DNA from: an uncultured Candidatus Saccharibacteria bacterium
GTDB taxonomy: Bacteria > Patescibacteriota > Saccharimonadia > Saccharimonadales > JACDBH01
Assembly (NCBI GenBank): GCA_964644965.1
Contig: CAZXYN010000006.1
Span: forward strand, 1-63,042
Direction of reading: 5' to 3'
Length of the DNA: 63,042 bases
Shown here: positions 20,501 to 30,320 of the stretch, piece after piece
Position numbering within the stretch: the first letter of the stretch is position 1
Layout of the letters: each line of letters starts with the position of its first letter
Translations under genes and position numbers: made by a program
Notes under the pieces: model-generated
Database searches by the model: none
What the model was told of the DNA's origin: nothing
The model's input: only the letters and a program-made list of their open reading frames with translations

Positions 20501-23500
20501 TCTGCAGCAAAATCAGTGGATTACTGCTGGACTGCGTGCCATTAGCCCGGATTAGCAATTGCGTTTGGTTGGCGGAGCCAACGACTGCTAGTTTGGCGTT
20601 GAGGTTGGAGGTAGTGCCAATACCAACTTGGTTGTTGGTAGCATCAACGTGGAGGGTGTTAGTGTCAACTGTCAGGTTACTGACAACCGTAAGTGTGCCA
20701 TTAAACTGTGCTGCCAGGGTGCTGGTGCTGCCCTGTAGGATGCCACCTATACGAAGTTCATTAGATACGGTTGCACTTGAGGCATTGAGATCGTGTCCTA
20801 TTATTATGTTGTTGTCACCTGTGGTGATATTGTCACCAGCCTGGTAACCAATCAAGATATTATTGTCTGCGGTTGTCAGTAGCGCACCAGCGTTACGACC
20901 CAATATAACACTATTATTTATTTGCGGATTAACCCCGCCGTTTGCTGCACCGCTACCGATGGCAACGTTTCCGCTACCGTCAAGATTATTTGACAGTGCA
21001 CCGCTACCGATGGCAACGTTTGCACTTGCAGACTGCTGGTACCGACTAGCCTGATAGCCAATGGCGACGTTATCGACATCATTAGTGGCAGTTGTAAGTG
21101 ATTCATAGCCGAGTGCTACGTTTCTACCGCCAGTGTTTAAAGCATCACCGGCATTATGACCCATTACGGTGTTATCGAAGCCCGTTGATATGGCATTAAG
21201 TGTATTTGCACCAAGTCCTATATTACCGTTACCGACTGTCAGTCTACCGATCTCCGTACCACTACTGTTTTGGAACAAGATCAGTGGGTTTGTATAAGAC
21301 TGTGTGCCATTAGCTCTAATCAGTAGCTGTGGTTGGTTTGCTGAGCCAACGACTGCCAGTTTAGCACCGAGGTTGGATGTTGTGCCGATACCAACTTGGT
21401 TGTTGGCGGCATCAACGTGGAGGGTGTCTGTATCAACCGTCAGGTTACCATTAACCGTCATAGCCCCAGCCAGGTAACTAGCATCAGTGCTTTCACTGTA
21501 GATAGCCCAGTCACCGGACGGCTGGGTGTAGATGTCGGTGGCCAGCCAGAGACCAATCTGGTTGGTGGTGCGGGCTGAGTTTTGGTTGGCGATAGCTACG
21601 CCGACCGAGTTGGTGATGACACCACCGGAGCTGACGGTTGGGGCTTCGGCCAGAACGCTGAAGTAGCGGCCAACTGTTGATGAGGCACTAATGAAGCCAG
21701 TGGATTGTAAGCCAGCCGCAATATTGAGGTTGCTGGTGCCGGTGTAGGATACCTCGCCCCGAGCACCAACCAGCCAGGCACTACCTAGGTTGGCACTGGC
21801 TGAGCCAACATGGCTTCTAGAACCAAAGTACTGGGCAGTTGAAGCACTGCCAGGGCTAGGTGTGACCGATGAGTTCAGGCCGTAGATAGCACCAGTGGTA
21901 GCAGTTGACGTAGTGGTAACCGCTAGGGTCTGGCCACTGGCGTTGACAGCTGAGCTGACCGAAAGGGTACCTGAGTAGGTACCAGCCCCGGTGCTACTGA
22001 TACTTAGACGGGTGGTGCCACCTGTCTCTAGGTTCAGGTCGTAGGCGTCGTTGGTGCCGATGGTCATGGCAGACGTGAAGCTGTTGCCGCCTTGGAGGAT
22101 GTCGCCGCCTGATGCGGTAATACAGTTTTTCCAGCTGCCGCCTTCATAGCAGCGGAACTTACCAGCGTTGGAGTTGTAGTACATGCCACCGTTGCTGCCG
22201 GTTGGGTCACCGCTGTTGGTTTTGGTGTCGAGGACGAGCAGACTGCCGGTAGTGTCGGAGGTGCCGATACTAAGATTGCGGTTTATGTGGACTCCTGTCC
22301 AGTCAATATCCAGAATACCGCCATTAGCAGTCAACTGGATGCTTGATTCATCATTGTCAAAGAGTAGGGACATGTTACCACCTGATTCAATGGTTGCTTG
22401 ACTGGAGCTGCCAGCGCCTAGAGCCATGTGGACATTACCGGTGCTGTTACCTACCTGAAAGTGGATGAAGGGGTCGATGAAGGTAGTGGTGTTGATGCCG
22501 ACACGGTTGTTTACCGCATCAACAAACAAGGTATCACTGTTTACAGTTAAGTTGCCGTTGGCGGCTAGGGTCATGCGGTTTGTATTGTTAGTCATGAAAT
22601 TAAATGCGCCATTGTTGATGGTACCTAAGGTCATGGCGGTGGTGCCACCCAGGTTGTTGCCACCTTGGAGGATGTCACCGCCAGCTGGACAGTTGTTGGC
22701 AGTGGTACAGATAGTATAAGTCCCGGCAGAAGCATTAGGCAGTTCATAGGTGACGTTTGCTCCGAGGCTGTTAGGTGCCCGCAGAGTGGCGATGTTACTG
22801 CTCGTTGAGGAGGCAAAGCTAAGCTGACCTTGGAATGAGTTGCTAAAGCCAAGCCTAGTGACACCAGTGTTGGTATTGACACTGAAGACCGGTAGGGTGT
22901 TGCCAGCAGTAACCTGGAAAGTACTATCTGACCAACCCTGGGCAGTTACAGTAATGTTTTGGGTATCGGCGTTGAAGAGGGTGTTACCGTTAGATCGATT
23001 AATGAAGAAGGCATCAGTGTTGTTATTGGTGTTTTGGAAGGTGGCTGTGTTTCCAGAGTAAGTGAGACCACCAGAGCTGGCAAGGCTGAGGCGGGTGATG
23101 TTATTGGTCATTAGGTTTAGGGCGCCATTGTTGATGGTACCTAAGGTCATGGCGGTGGTGCCACCGAGGTTGTTACCGCCTTGGAGGATGTCGCCAAATC
23201 CAGTAACTGCCCCATTGAGCTGATTCAATGTGACGAACTCATTATTATTTACTGCGTCTGCACCGGACACCGTACCGGTAAATGTGCCTGTTCCAGTTAC
23301 GCTCAGATTACCGCCAGATAAGATGAGGTTGGTACTAGCGTCTAGTGTTAGTGTGCCGGCTCCTTGGAGCAGATATGAATCGGTAATGTTCTTTGCAGCA
23401 TCAAATACAGCGAGCCTGTTGGCGGTGCCTGTGCCAGTAATATCACCAACGCCGCCGACGCCAGGAGTAGCTATACAGTCTTTCCAAGCACCACCCTCAT

Positions 23501-26500
23501 AACACCTGATCTTGCCGGCGTTAGAGTTGTAGTACATACCACCGTTCTGGCCGGCTGGATCACCAGTGTCGGTTTTGGTGTCGAGGACCAGGAGGGTGCC
23601 GGTGGTGTCGGATTCACCAACTACTACTAGGTTGTTCGAAGTATCTATACTAAATAAATTAACGTTTGTTGAATTCTGGAACCGTAGAGCGTTCGTACTG
23701 TTTGTGGTAGTACGGAAAAGTGCTTCACCGCCATCTGCAATGTTGAATAATGATACAGCGCCAGAGTCTGATACATTTAATGCGTTGTTAGCGTTGTTGC
23801 TAGTTAGACCAAGTACACTTAGACGAGCAACTGAGCTGGCACCAACGCTTAGGCCATCCTCTACTTCTAAATTGCCGTCTATATTAATGACACCACTTGT
23901 CTGGGTAATAAGTGAATCACCAATTATGTTGCCCGCACCAAAGACAGCTAGTTTCCCAGAGGTGCTTTGACCTGTCCAGGATATTTCTATATAGCCATTA
24001 CCAACATTACCGTCCACATATGTTCCACCCGTTGGAATGAGCGATGAACCGCCGCCACCACTACCGCCACCGGTGAGAGACCCAGCGCCACCGCCGCCGC
24101 CACCATATATACCGCCGCCACCACCGCCACCACGATCACCAGCACTACTGCCGCCATTGCCTCCCTGTCCAAGAGATCCAGCTGTCGAGCTACCGCCACT
24201 GCCTGCCGCACCACCTGCTATAGTCGTAGCACCAAAACCAGGCCTAGCAGTAGTAGCACTGCTTCCGTCGGGATTACCACCGTTACCTGCAGCACCTGAT
24301 GTCGTAGTACCTCTACCACCGCCACCACCAGCAACAACAACCCTATCTGCTAACGCATTGCCACCCCGTCTAATGTCACTAGCGCCACCGCCACCGCGTG
24401 TAGTAGCAGAGTTACCATTACCACCACCATTCCAACCACCAGTGTTGGTTGCTGTGGTTCCACCGACATATATATAAAGTGTTTCGCCAGGCGTCACAGG
24501 TATAGACGACTCTATGTTTGCTCCAGTACCTCCAGAACTACCCGTTGAGCCACCAGAGGCACCTGCTGCCCTAATATTTAGCTCTGTAATACCAGCTGGC
24601 ACTACAAACGTCTGCTGAGAGCCTGTGTAGTTAAAGTTCTGACTGCCACCAGTAGCCGTACCAGCCGTTAGAACCACGGCACCACTTGAGTCGGGTAACT
24701 CATATGTCCTGTTGGCTGTGAGGCTTGTAGCCTGCAGACTTGCAACAAATGAATTCGTACCGTTCAGGATTCTTAGAACGCCGTCAGTGCTAGATGAGCT
24801 GCCGACAGAAACTCCATCGACAAATGTCTTTGCACCAGCAAAAGTCTGTGTACCTACGCTTACAAGTCCTGGGTATGCCTGGTCTGCTGTCTGCAGGATA
24901 ATCTCTGAACCGTTAATAACCGCACCGTTGGCGCTCTTTGTTAACGAGTCAATCGTACCAATAGTACTAATACCACTGCCCCCACCTGCGTCATCACTAC
25001 CACACACAAGATCGCCATTAGCATCAGTTTCTAGCGCCGTACAGCTGATAAAATCTTCAAATCTAAGCGACCCATCTACATGGAAGGTTGCTTGTGGACT
25101 AACGGTTCCTATACCGACAGCATTTGCAGATGCATCGGCGAACAAAAGATTGGTGGCTACAATAAGATCAGCACCATTGACTACACTCAATGCGCTCCAA
25201 TCTAGTCGTAGTCTTGCGGCTCCAGACGTATAGAAGTCTAGTCTATTCGCGTCAATGTCATACTGAACCCTGCCATTACCGCCACCGGCACCAAAATATA
25301 TCGCGCCACTATGGCCGGAGGCAATATTCAGTTCAATGTTCGAACCACTCGACACACCGTCACCTATACTAAGGTCAACATTTGGTGATGAGTTATTGAT
25401 GCCAATCCGTCCATTCTGTGCATCTACAAATAGTGTGTTGGTATTGAACGCAACATCACCATCGGCTTGAACAGTTATTCGGCTTACTCCGCTGGTCTCA
25501 AGATTAAGATCAAAAGCATCATTTGTACCGATGGTCATAGCAGCTGTGAAGCTATTACCATTCTGCAGGATATCGCCCATACCACTGACACCGGCACAGT
25601 TGCCGGAGGTGGTACAGACATCGTTGCCGCCCTGCTGGAGTGCGCCGGTGAAGTTGGCAGTGGCTGCATTATATAGAGCAACGTTAACACTCAGGCGAGC
25701 GTCGGCAACAGTGCCGCTAGTGATTTGTTCACCCGCAATTGCAATGTTTGTATTACTGCTAGCAGTCAGTCTACCCTTTGCATCGACCGTAAATGTTGCA
25801 ACCTGCGAGGCCGAGCCATAGGTCCCAGCACTGACACTAGTGTCATCAAGTGTGAGCGTAATTGTGTTGGTCCCATTGTCTGTTATGCCTACTTGTCCCG
25901 CCGTGCCTTGTAGTGTGAGTGCACCACTAAGTGTATTAAGCGAATCCACGCCTCCAAGACCGCCTATTGCACCGTCAAGCTGGCTGAGTGTCACGAATTC
26001 ATCGTTGTTTATAGCATCCGCACCAGAGACTGTGCCGGTGAACGAACCACTACCCGTAACGCTCAAATTTCCACCGGCTAAGATGAGATCGGTGCTAGCA
26101 TCGAGAGTCAGAGTTCCTGTGCCCTGCAGTAATGTAGAGTTGACTATATTCTTAGCTGCATCGAAGACAGCCAGGCGGTTTGCGGTACCAGTACCGCTCA
26201 TGTCGCCGCCGACTGGACAGTTGCCAGCAGTGGTACAGACATCGTTGCCGCCCTGCTGGAGTGCACCGGTGAAGTTGGCAGCGGCATTGAGCAGCGCAAC
26301 GTTTGCAGTAAGCCGTGCGTCAGCAATCGTACCAGATGATATGTTTGATCCATTCAAATTAGTAAGTAGCGCACCGCTTACTGCTGGCAGTTGTGAGCTG
26401 GCATTGAGCTGCACAAGTTGGCTGGCGCCGTTAAAGGTGTTGCCCTGCAGCGTAACACCACTATGCAGGCTGAGGGTAATGGTGTCAGAGCCATTATCCG

Positions 26501-29500
26501 TTATGGTTATCTGATTAGCAGTTCCTTGAACCGTTAGCGCCCCATCTAGGCTATTTAGACTCACTACACCTGGGTCGATAGCACCATTGAGCTGGCTGAG
26601 TGTCACAAACTCGTTACTGTTAACCGCATCCGCACCGGAGACTGTGCCGGTGAATGAACCTGCTCCGGCAACACTAAGATCACCGCCTGCCAGAATCAGG
26701 TCTGTGCCACTATCGAGCGTGAGTGTTCCTGTGCCCTGAAGAAGAGTTGAGTTGACGATATTTCTTGCAGCGTCAAACATAGCAAGTCTGCTGGCAGTAC
26801 CTGTCCCGGTGATGTCACCACCAGAAGCACAGTTGCCAGCAGTGGTACAGACATCGTTGCCGCCCTGCTGAAGTGCGCCGGTGAAGTTGGCAGTGGCTGC
26901 ATTATATAGAGCAACATTGGCGCTGAGGCGGGCATCGTTAACCGTACCGGAAGCGAGGTTAGTCGCATTGAGATTGGTCAGATTAACACCAGAAAGAACC
27001 GGTAATTCGCCGCTGCCATTCAATTGAACCAACTGGTTAGCACCATTAAAGGTGTTGCCCTGAAGAGTGACACTGCTGTCGAGGCTAAGAGTGATAGTAT
27101 TAGTGCCGTTATCTGCGACTGTAATCTGACTAGCCGTTCCCTGGATGGCTAACGCGCCGTCCAAGCTGTTCAGACTGATCACGCCAGCGCCACCACCACC
27201 GCCAGTGTCGGCACTGTCGGCACACATAAGATTGCCGCTGCCGTCTGTGGTCAGCAACCCGCCATTAGCAAAAGTCGTACAGTTAAGCCCGTGGAGCCTT
27301 ATGGTACCTGTATTAGATATACTGAACCGAGTCGTGCCGTCAGTCCTGAGGTTGAGCGCAAAAGCGTCATTGGTACCAATATCCATAGCAACCCCGAAGC
27401 TGTTGCCGCCTTGGATAATATCGCCAACACCACCTACACCAGCACAGTTGCCAGAAGTACGACAAACAGTTGCATCCACAGCAATGCTACTGGCATCCAC
27501 CGTGATACCATCGCCTTGGCCAACATTCAGGCTAATGGTACCGCCAAGCGCAACAGAGCCACCGTCAATAAGACCGTTACCGGCAGTTACCGTCAGAGCA
27601 CCGTTGTTCGTAAGTCGAGCGTTGTCCAACGTACCGGAAGTAATTTGGTTTGCATCTAAGGCAATGTTTACCGTACTAGCGGCCGTCAGCCGTCCTTGGG
27701 CATCAACCGTAAATGTAGCAACCTGCGAGGCCGAACCATAGCTGTTTGCTGCCACTCCGGAGTTTGGCAAGCTGAGAGTAATTTGGTTCGTACCGTTATC
27801 AGCAACCGTAAGATGACCAGCTGTTGCTGCCAGCGTCAACGCGCCATCAAGCGTGTTGAGCGAGCTTACACCTCCGATACCGGCGATTGCATCATTCAGC
27901 TGGCTGAGTGTCACAAACTCGTTATTGTTGGCTGCATCTGCACCAGACACCCGCCCAGTGAATGAGCCTGCTCCAGTAACGCTTAAGTCACCGCCCGCTA
28001 GAACTAAACTGGTACCGCCGTCGATTGTAAGCGTCCCTGTTCCCTGGAGTAGTACTGAGTTGACAATATTCTTGGCTGCGTCAAATACAGCCAGGCGGTT
28101 TGCGGTGCCTGTGCCGGTGATGTCACCAACACCACCAACGCCGGCACAGTTGCCAGCAGTGGTACAGACGGTGTTATCAATAGCCACAGTTATGCTACCG
28201 GCACCGTTTGTAATATTTATACCCGTACCGCCCGTGAGTGTTGCGGCAGTTGGTGCGCCAGAGCCATCGCCAATGAGTAGCTGCCCATTAGAAAGCACGC
28301 CGCTGGCAGTGATAGCACCAGTGCCATTACCAAACAAAATACCGCCTGCTGTCAGTGTGTTGGCTCCGGTACCACCACTGCTCACGCTCAGCGCACCGGT
28401 TAATGTAAGTCCTGCGAATGTAGGTGATGAGGTCGCTGAAATATTCTGAATAGTATTGACCGTGCCAAGGTTGACAGAGAAGTTTGTGCTATTGAACTGC
28501 GCGATACCCTTCTGTGAAGTCGATGCATCGTCGATAGTAATCACTCCGCCGGCTCCTGTCGCGTTGTTCATAGTCACCACACCAGTCTGACCGTCAATTG
28601 AAGCTACGCCACCACTGCCAGGACAGGCAGCAAAAATCGGCGCACCGGCTGTAGACACAAGACACTGCCCAGCCACACCAGATGATACTTGTTGAGGTGT
28701 TGCTGCACCATTTCCAACCAAAACCGCATTTGCAGTAAGTGAACTGGCACCAAGTCCACCCGAACCTACACTAAGCGGAGCGCTCAATATCAGACCAGCG
28801 AATGTAGGTGTAGCAGTAACACTGATCCCTTGAGATGTATTAACAACACCAGAGGCAACTGAGAAGTTGGTTGCATTGAATTGAGCGATACCCTTTGCAA
28901 CTGTAGAGGCATCATTAATCGTAATCGTGGAGCCAAGACCAGTGGCGTTTGCAAGTGTTAGATTACCGTTAAGCCCGTTAAGCGTATCAACCGCGGCCGT
29001 ACCCGCACAGTTGCCAGCACTTGTACAAACAGAGTAGCTTCCAGCGCTCAGCGCCGGGAAGTTTATGGTTGTATTTGCTGTCGGTGAGGCAAAGCCAATG
29101 ACCGTAGAGTTTGGTCCACTAGTACGATTCAGTGTATTAACGTTTAAAATACCACCCACGGTAGTGTCACCGTTAGCAGCAACAACAAAACGGTTTATAC
29201 CGCCAGCCTGTAGTTGTATTAGGTTGCCACCGCCAGTATCGTTGATAAAAATCGATGCATCGGCAGTGTTATCCGTCTGAGCTGAACCCGGCGCGAGCTG
29301 AACTGATTGTCCACCACCTGCAACACAAGTAATTCCTGTGGTACAGATTGTCTGGGTGGCCGGGCCAGAGGTAGGTAGCTGAAAACTTCTGCCATTTACG
29401 GTAAAGATGATGTCATCACTACCAGCATCTATGTTGACATCCTGGCCAGGTGCAACCTGTCTTACTCTGTTCGTGTAGATAATACCGATGTTATCAAGAA

Positions 29501-30131
29501 CTACATCGCCGTTTATAGATAAACCAGAGAAGCTTGGTGCGGACGTAGGTGCAATCGACTGCGGCAAACTTAGGCTAGCGATTCCGTTGGCTGTCGTGAC
29601 GCTTATGTCACCAGGAACTCCGTTTACACCAAGCAGACCACTGTTTGAGATAGTCGTACCGTTAATACTGATACCGCCGCCCGGAACTAGAGTAATTGCC
29701 CCTGTCTGTCCCTGGAGACTTGTTACACCGCCAGTCTGAGGTACGGCTACATTTTGTTGTTGAGACCTTGCAAGCGATACAAACTCCGTACCGTTAAAGT
29801 ACTGGAGCGTTGACGAGGCACTATCGAAGACAAGCGTACCTGCACTAGCGTTCTCTGGGAGTTCTGATGGTGCTAGGTAAAATTGACCGTTTACCTGTAA
29901 CTGAGCATTTACAGTTAGCTTTTGGTTCTTTCCAAGTCCAATAACTTTTTCGCTATCACCCGTCTCTGGCAGAGTAGCTGATGATGGGATTGTAGTAGCG
30001 TTATCGTTTCGACCCGCCGCGAGATAGACAAGTCCTACCCCTGTTGCGATGAATAGCGATATCAGCAAAACAAACAGCAAAAAATTACGACTAGAGCCGA
30101 GGATTTTTTTGACTATTTGTGAGTTGTTCAT
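17553..30131 (-). CDS. Giant (4192 aa) N-terminally membrane-anchored repetitive surface fibre/adhesin protein
   Basis: One uninterrupted 12.6 kb ORF with an N-terminal signal-anchor (FLLFVLLISLFIATGVGLVYLAA).
- At least six copies of a ~100-aa module: CTTAGNCAG..GDITGTGTANRLAVFDAAKNIVNS.LLQGTGTLT...LAGG.LSVTG.GSFTG.VSGADA.N..EFVTLSQL.
- A glycine-rich domain: FNYTGSQQTFVVPAGITELNIRAAGASGG...GGGGGGIYGGGGGGAG.
- Two YYNSNAGK.RCYEGG.WK.C motifs.
- Two tandem ~245-aa modules with YadA-head-like NVAIG repeats.
- A peptidase-S74-like chaperone segment near the C-terminus. Confidence 0.9.
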   Translation of the reverse strand: MNNSQIVKKILGSSRNFLLFVLLISLFIATGVGLVYLAAGRNDNATTIPSSATLPETGDSEKVIGLGKNQKLTVNAQLQVNGQFYLAPSELPENASAGTLVFDSASSTLQYFNGTEFVSLARSQQQNVAVPQTGGVTSLQGQTGAITLVPGGGISINGTTISNSGLLGVNGVPGDISVTTANGIASLSLPQSIAPTSAPSFSGLSINGDVVLDNIGIIYTNRVRQVAPGQDVNIDAGSDDIIFTVNGRSFQLPTSGPATQTICTTGITCVAGGGQSVQLAPGSAQTDNTADASIFINDTGGGNLIQLQAGGINRFVVAANGDTTVGGILNVNTLNRTSGPNSTVIGFASPTANTTINFPALSAGSYSVCTSAGNCAGTAAVDTLNGLNGNLTLANATGLGSTITINDASTVAKGIAQFNATNFSVASGVVNTSQGISVTATPTFAGLILSAPLSVGSGGLGASSLTANAVLVGNGAATPQQVSSGVAGQCLVSTAGAPIFAACPGSGGVASIDGQTGVVTMNNATGAGGVITIDDASTSQKGIAQFNSTNFSVNLGTVNTIQNISATSSPTFAGLTLTGALSVSSGGTGANTLTAGGILFGNGTGAITASGVLSNGQLLIGDGSGAPTAATLTGGTGINITNGAGSITVAIDNTVCTTAGNCAGVGGVGDITGTGTANRLAVFDAAKNIVNSVLLQGTGTLTIDGGTSLVLAGGDLSVTGAGSFTGRVSGADAANNNEFVTLSQLNDAIAGIGGVSSLNTLDGALTLAATAGHLTVADNGTNQITLSLPNSGVAANSYGSASQVATFTVDAQGRLTAASTVNIALDANQITSGTLDNARLTNNGALTVTAGNGLIDGGSVALGGTISLNVGQGDGITVDASSIAVDATVCRTSGNCAGVGGVGDIIQGGNSFGVAMDIGTNDAFALNLRTDGTTRFSISNTGTIRLHGLNCTTFANGGLLTTDGSGNLMCADSADTGGGGGAGVISLNSLDGALAIQGTASQITVADNGTNTITLSLDSSVTLQGNTFNGANQLVQLNGSGELPVLSGVNLTNLNATNLASGTVNDARLSANVALYNAATANFTGALQQGGNDVCTTAGNCASGGDITGTGTASRLAMFDAARNIVNSTLLQGTGTLTLDSGTDLILAGGDLSVAGAGSFTGTVSGADAVNSNEFVTLSQLNGAIDPGVVSLNSLDGALTVQGTANQITITDNGSDTITLSLHSGVTLQGNTFNGASQLVQLNASSQLPAVSGALLTNLNGSNISSGTIADARLTANVALLNAAANFTGALQQGGNDVCTTAGNCPVGGDMSGTGTANRLAVFDAAKNIVNSTLLQGTGTLTLDASTDLILAGGNLSVTGSGSFTGTVSGADAINNDEFVTLSQLDGAIGGLGGVDSLNTLSGALTLQGTAGQVGITDNGTNTITLTLDDTSVSAGTYGSASQVATFTVDAKGRLTASSNTNIAIAGEQITSGTVADARLSVNVALYNAATANFTGALQQGGNDVCTTSGNCAGVSGMGDILQNGNSFTAAMTIGTNDAFDLNLETSGVSRITVQADGDVAFNTNTLFVDAQNGRIGINNSSPNVDLSIGDGVSSGSNIELNIASGHSGAIYFGAGGGNGRVQYDIDANRLDFYTSGAARLRLDWSALSVVNGADLIVATNLLFADASANAVGIGTVSPQATFHVDGSLRFEDFISCTALETDANGDLVCGSDDAGGGSGISTIGTIDSLTKSANGAVINGSEIILQTADQAYPGLVSVGTQTFAGAKTFVDGVSVGSSSSTDGVLRILNGTNSFVASLQATSLTANRTYELPDSSGAVVLTAGTATGGSQNFNYTGSQQTFVVPAGITELNIRAAGASGGSTGSSGGTGANIESSIPVTPGETLYIYVGGTTATNTGGWNGGGNGNSATTRGGGGASDIRRGGNALADRVVVAGGGGGRGTTTSGAAGNGGNPDGSSATTARPGFGATTIAGGAAGSGGSSTAGSLGQGGNGGSSAGDRGGGGGGGIYGGGGGGAGSLTGGGSGGGGSSLIPTGGTYVDGNVGNGYIEISWTGQSTSGKLAVFGAGNIIGDSLITQTSGVINIDGNLEVEDGLSVGASSVARLSVLGLTSNNANNALNVSDSGAVSLFNIADGGEALFRTTTNSTNALRFQNSTNVNLFSIDTSNNLVVVGESDTTGTLLVLDTKTDTGDPAGQNGGMYYNSNAGKIRCYEGGAWKDCIATPGVGGVGDITGTGTANRLAVFDAAKNITDSYLLQGAGTLTLDASTNLILSGGNLSVTGTGTFTGTVSGADAVNNNEFVTLNQLNGAVTGFGDILQGGNNLGGTTAMTLGTINNGALNLMTNNITRLSLASSGGLTYSGNTATFQNTNNNTDAFFINRSNGNTLFNADTQNITVTAQGWSDSTFQVTAGNTLPVFSVNTNTGVTRLGFSNSFQGQLSFASSTSSNIATLRAPNSLGANVTYELPNASAGTYTICTTANNCPAGGDILQGGNNLGGTTAMTLGTINNGAFNFMTNNTNRMTLAANGNLTVNSDTLFVDAVNNRVGINTTTFIDPFIHFQVGNSTGNVHMALGAGSSSQATIESGGNMSLLFDNDESSIQLTANGGILDIDWTGVHINRNLSIGTSDTTGSLLVLDTKTNSGDPTGSNGGMYYNSNAGKFRCYEGGSWKNCITASGGDILQGGNSFTSAMTIGTNDAYDLNLETGGTTRLSISSTGAGTYSGTLSVSSAVNASGQTLAVTTTSTATTGAIYGLNSSVTPSPGSASTAQYFGSRSHVGSASANLGSAWLVGARGEVSYTGTSNLNIAAGLQSTGFISASSTVGRYFSVLAEAPTVSSGGVITNSVGVAIANQNSARTTNQIGLWLATDIYTQPSGDWAIYSESTDASYLAGAMTVNGNLTVDTDTLHVDAANNQVGIGTTSNLGAKLAVVGSANQPQLLIRANGTQSYTNPLILFQNSSGTEIGRLTVGNGNIGLGANTLNAISTGFDNTVMGHNAGDALNTGGRNVALGYESLTTATNDVDNVAIGYQASRYQQSASANVAIGSGALSNNLDGSGNVAIGSGAANGGVNPQINNSVILGRNAGALLTTADNNILIGYQAGDNITTGDNNIIIGHDLNASSATVSNELRIGGILQGSTSTLAAQFNGTLTVVSNLTVDTNTLHVDATNNQVGIGTTSNLNAKLAVVGSANQTQLLIRANGTQSSSNPLILLQNSAGTEIARITANASNNVGLGVNSLNALSSGTSNIAMGSNAGDSITTGARNVAIGHDALTTATNPNDSIAIGYAAAFSQQGGTNGNIAIGSWALQGNTAGQNNVAIGTNAGSGSGASRSNNTLIGTDAGVALSTGSNNLLLGYQAGDNLTTGSSNVIIGYNIDASANNVSNQLRIGSGSNVMLQGDLSTMAATFNGSLTVVDNLTVDTDTFFVDATGNRVGVGTASPAAGTRLHVHNGPLAVTTDGSFDSEVRLGAANGGQGRVVYTTGGVLQLFADGANKLSVSSTSVDVASSINLSVDTDTLFVDASTNRVGIGNTSPSTALQVTGTVTATLFSGSGASLTNLNASNVSTGTLAVAYGGTGAGTFTQYGLLFGNGTGTFGVTGVGGSGDCLVGNTGNAPTWSDCSIAGSGASPGGAAGGDLSGTYPDPTVARINGAQLGSTTATAANLLIGDGTQWVTRALSGDGSISSTGVLTVGSGTISKAKLVDSAANSVLGRSAGTSGVVDDIIAGSDGHVLRLNGTTLGFGTIANNSLASGSYANILGTGALDAGSITSNFGNINNGTSTTTSGQFIASTVGSASAPAFTWSGVNGNTGMYSSSQDEIAFSSDGYEKLRIFAGPTLGLQINANDSHIVFLDNDTATNPWALGTISNTGIGFTYNGSQRILIDSAGAMRIGGAAGPVLSDYSSGQYLAVSGGVLANGWLASAQTGTQGSGTACWGDASIYGLPTVFGRCASTAAKKKDITNISMGLDTIRQLIPREFNWRESGNHDFGFIAEEGVAVNPLLGEYQEDGTLVSFKYRELTAVLTRAVQQLDVQVQQNDARLGNVESRLNSGMFTQLNVSGPATLAKLTVIGNVSIGGNLTVAGQAEVLGIKVNGKIVSGGSVPTASTPVGANASISGNDTAGTVTYTSGATPTAGQQVRLVFGSPYSAQPRVTLTPTNQNAAAVNYYVERTATEFRIHFVDAPSPNVVYSFDYQIIQ
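19950..21450 (-). repeat. Intragenic tandem duplication (~750 bp period) encoding the two YadA-head-like modules
   Basis: For example, 20560-20700 and 21310-21450 align with roughly 85% identity by eye: ...GAGCCAACGACTGC.AGTTT.GC...GAGGTTGGA.GT.GTGCC.ATACCAACTTGGTTGTTGG...CATCAACGTGGAGGGTGT... Confidence 0.7.
25590..28150 (-). repeat. Intragenic repeat modules (~620 bp period) with near-identical ~85-bp cores
   Basis: ACAGTTGCC.G..GTGGTACAGACATCGTTGCCGCCCTGCTG.AGTGC.CCGGTGAAGTTGGCAG recurs at about 25597, 26218 and 26829. Longer CTGGCTGAGTGTCAC.AA.TC... blocks recur at about 23215, 25975, 26590 and 27897. Confidence 0.75.
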
Positions 30132-30320
30132 CTGTTTTGTTTTAGTATTTTTGTTGTTCAGAAAACTGATTTTTTGTTTTCTAAGGTGTTTTACTAGAGT
30201 TAATTATACCTAAGCTCGCATACTATATACAAGCAAAATACCCTAATTGCGAGCACAAAAATGAAATACTTATACACAGATAGCTAGCCGTATAGTACTA
30301 GCGCTTATGCTTTACCCCTG

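Noticed and set aside
24037-24477. A proline-rich 146-aa plus-strand ORF, with dozens of other 60-220-aa plus-strand ORFs inside 17553-30131
   Set aside because: It is the antisense reading of the Gly-rich (GGN to NCC) and repeat regions of the giant gene. None has independent start signals, and all are nested in one intact 12.6-kb ORF.
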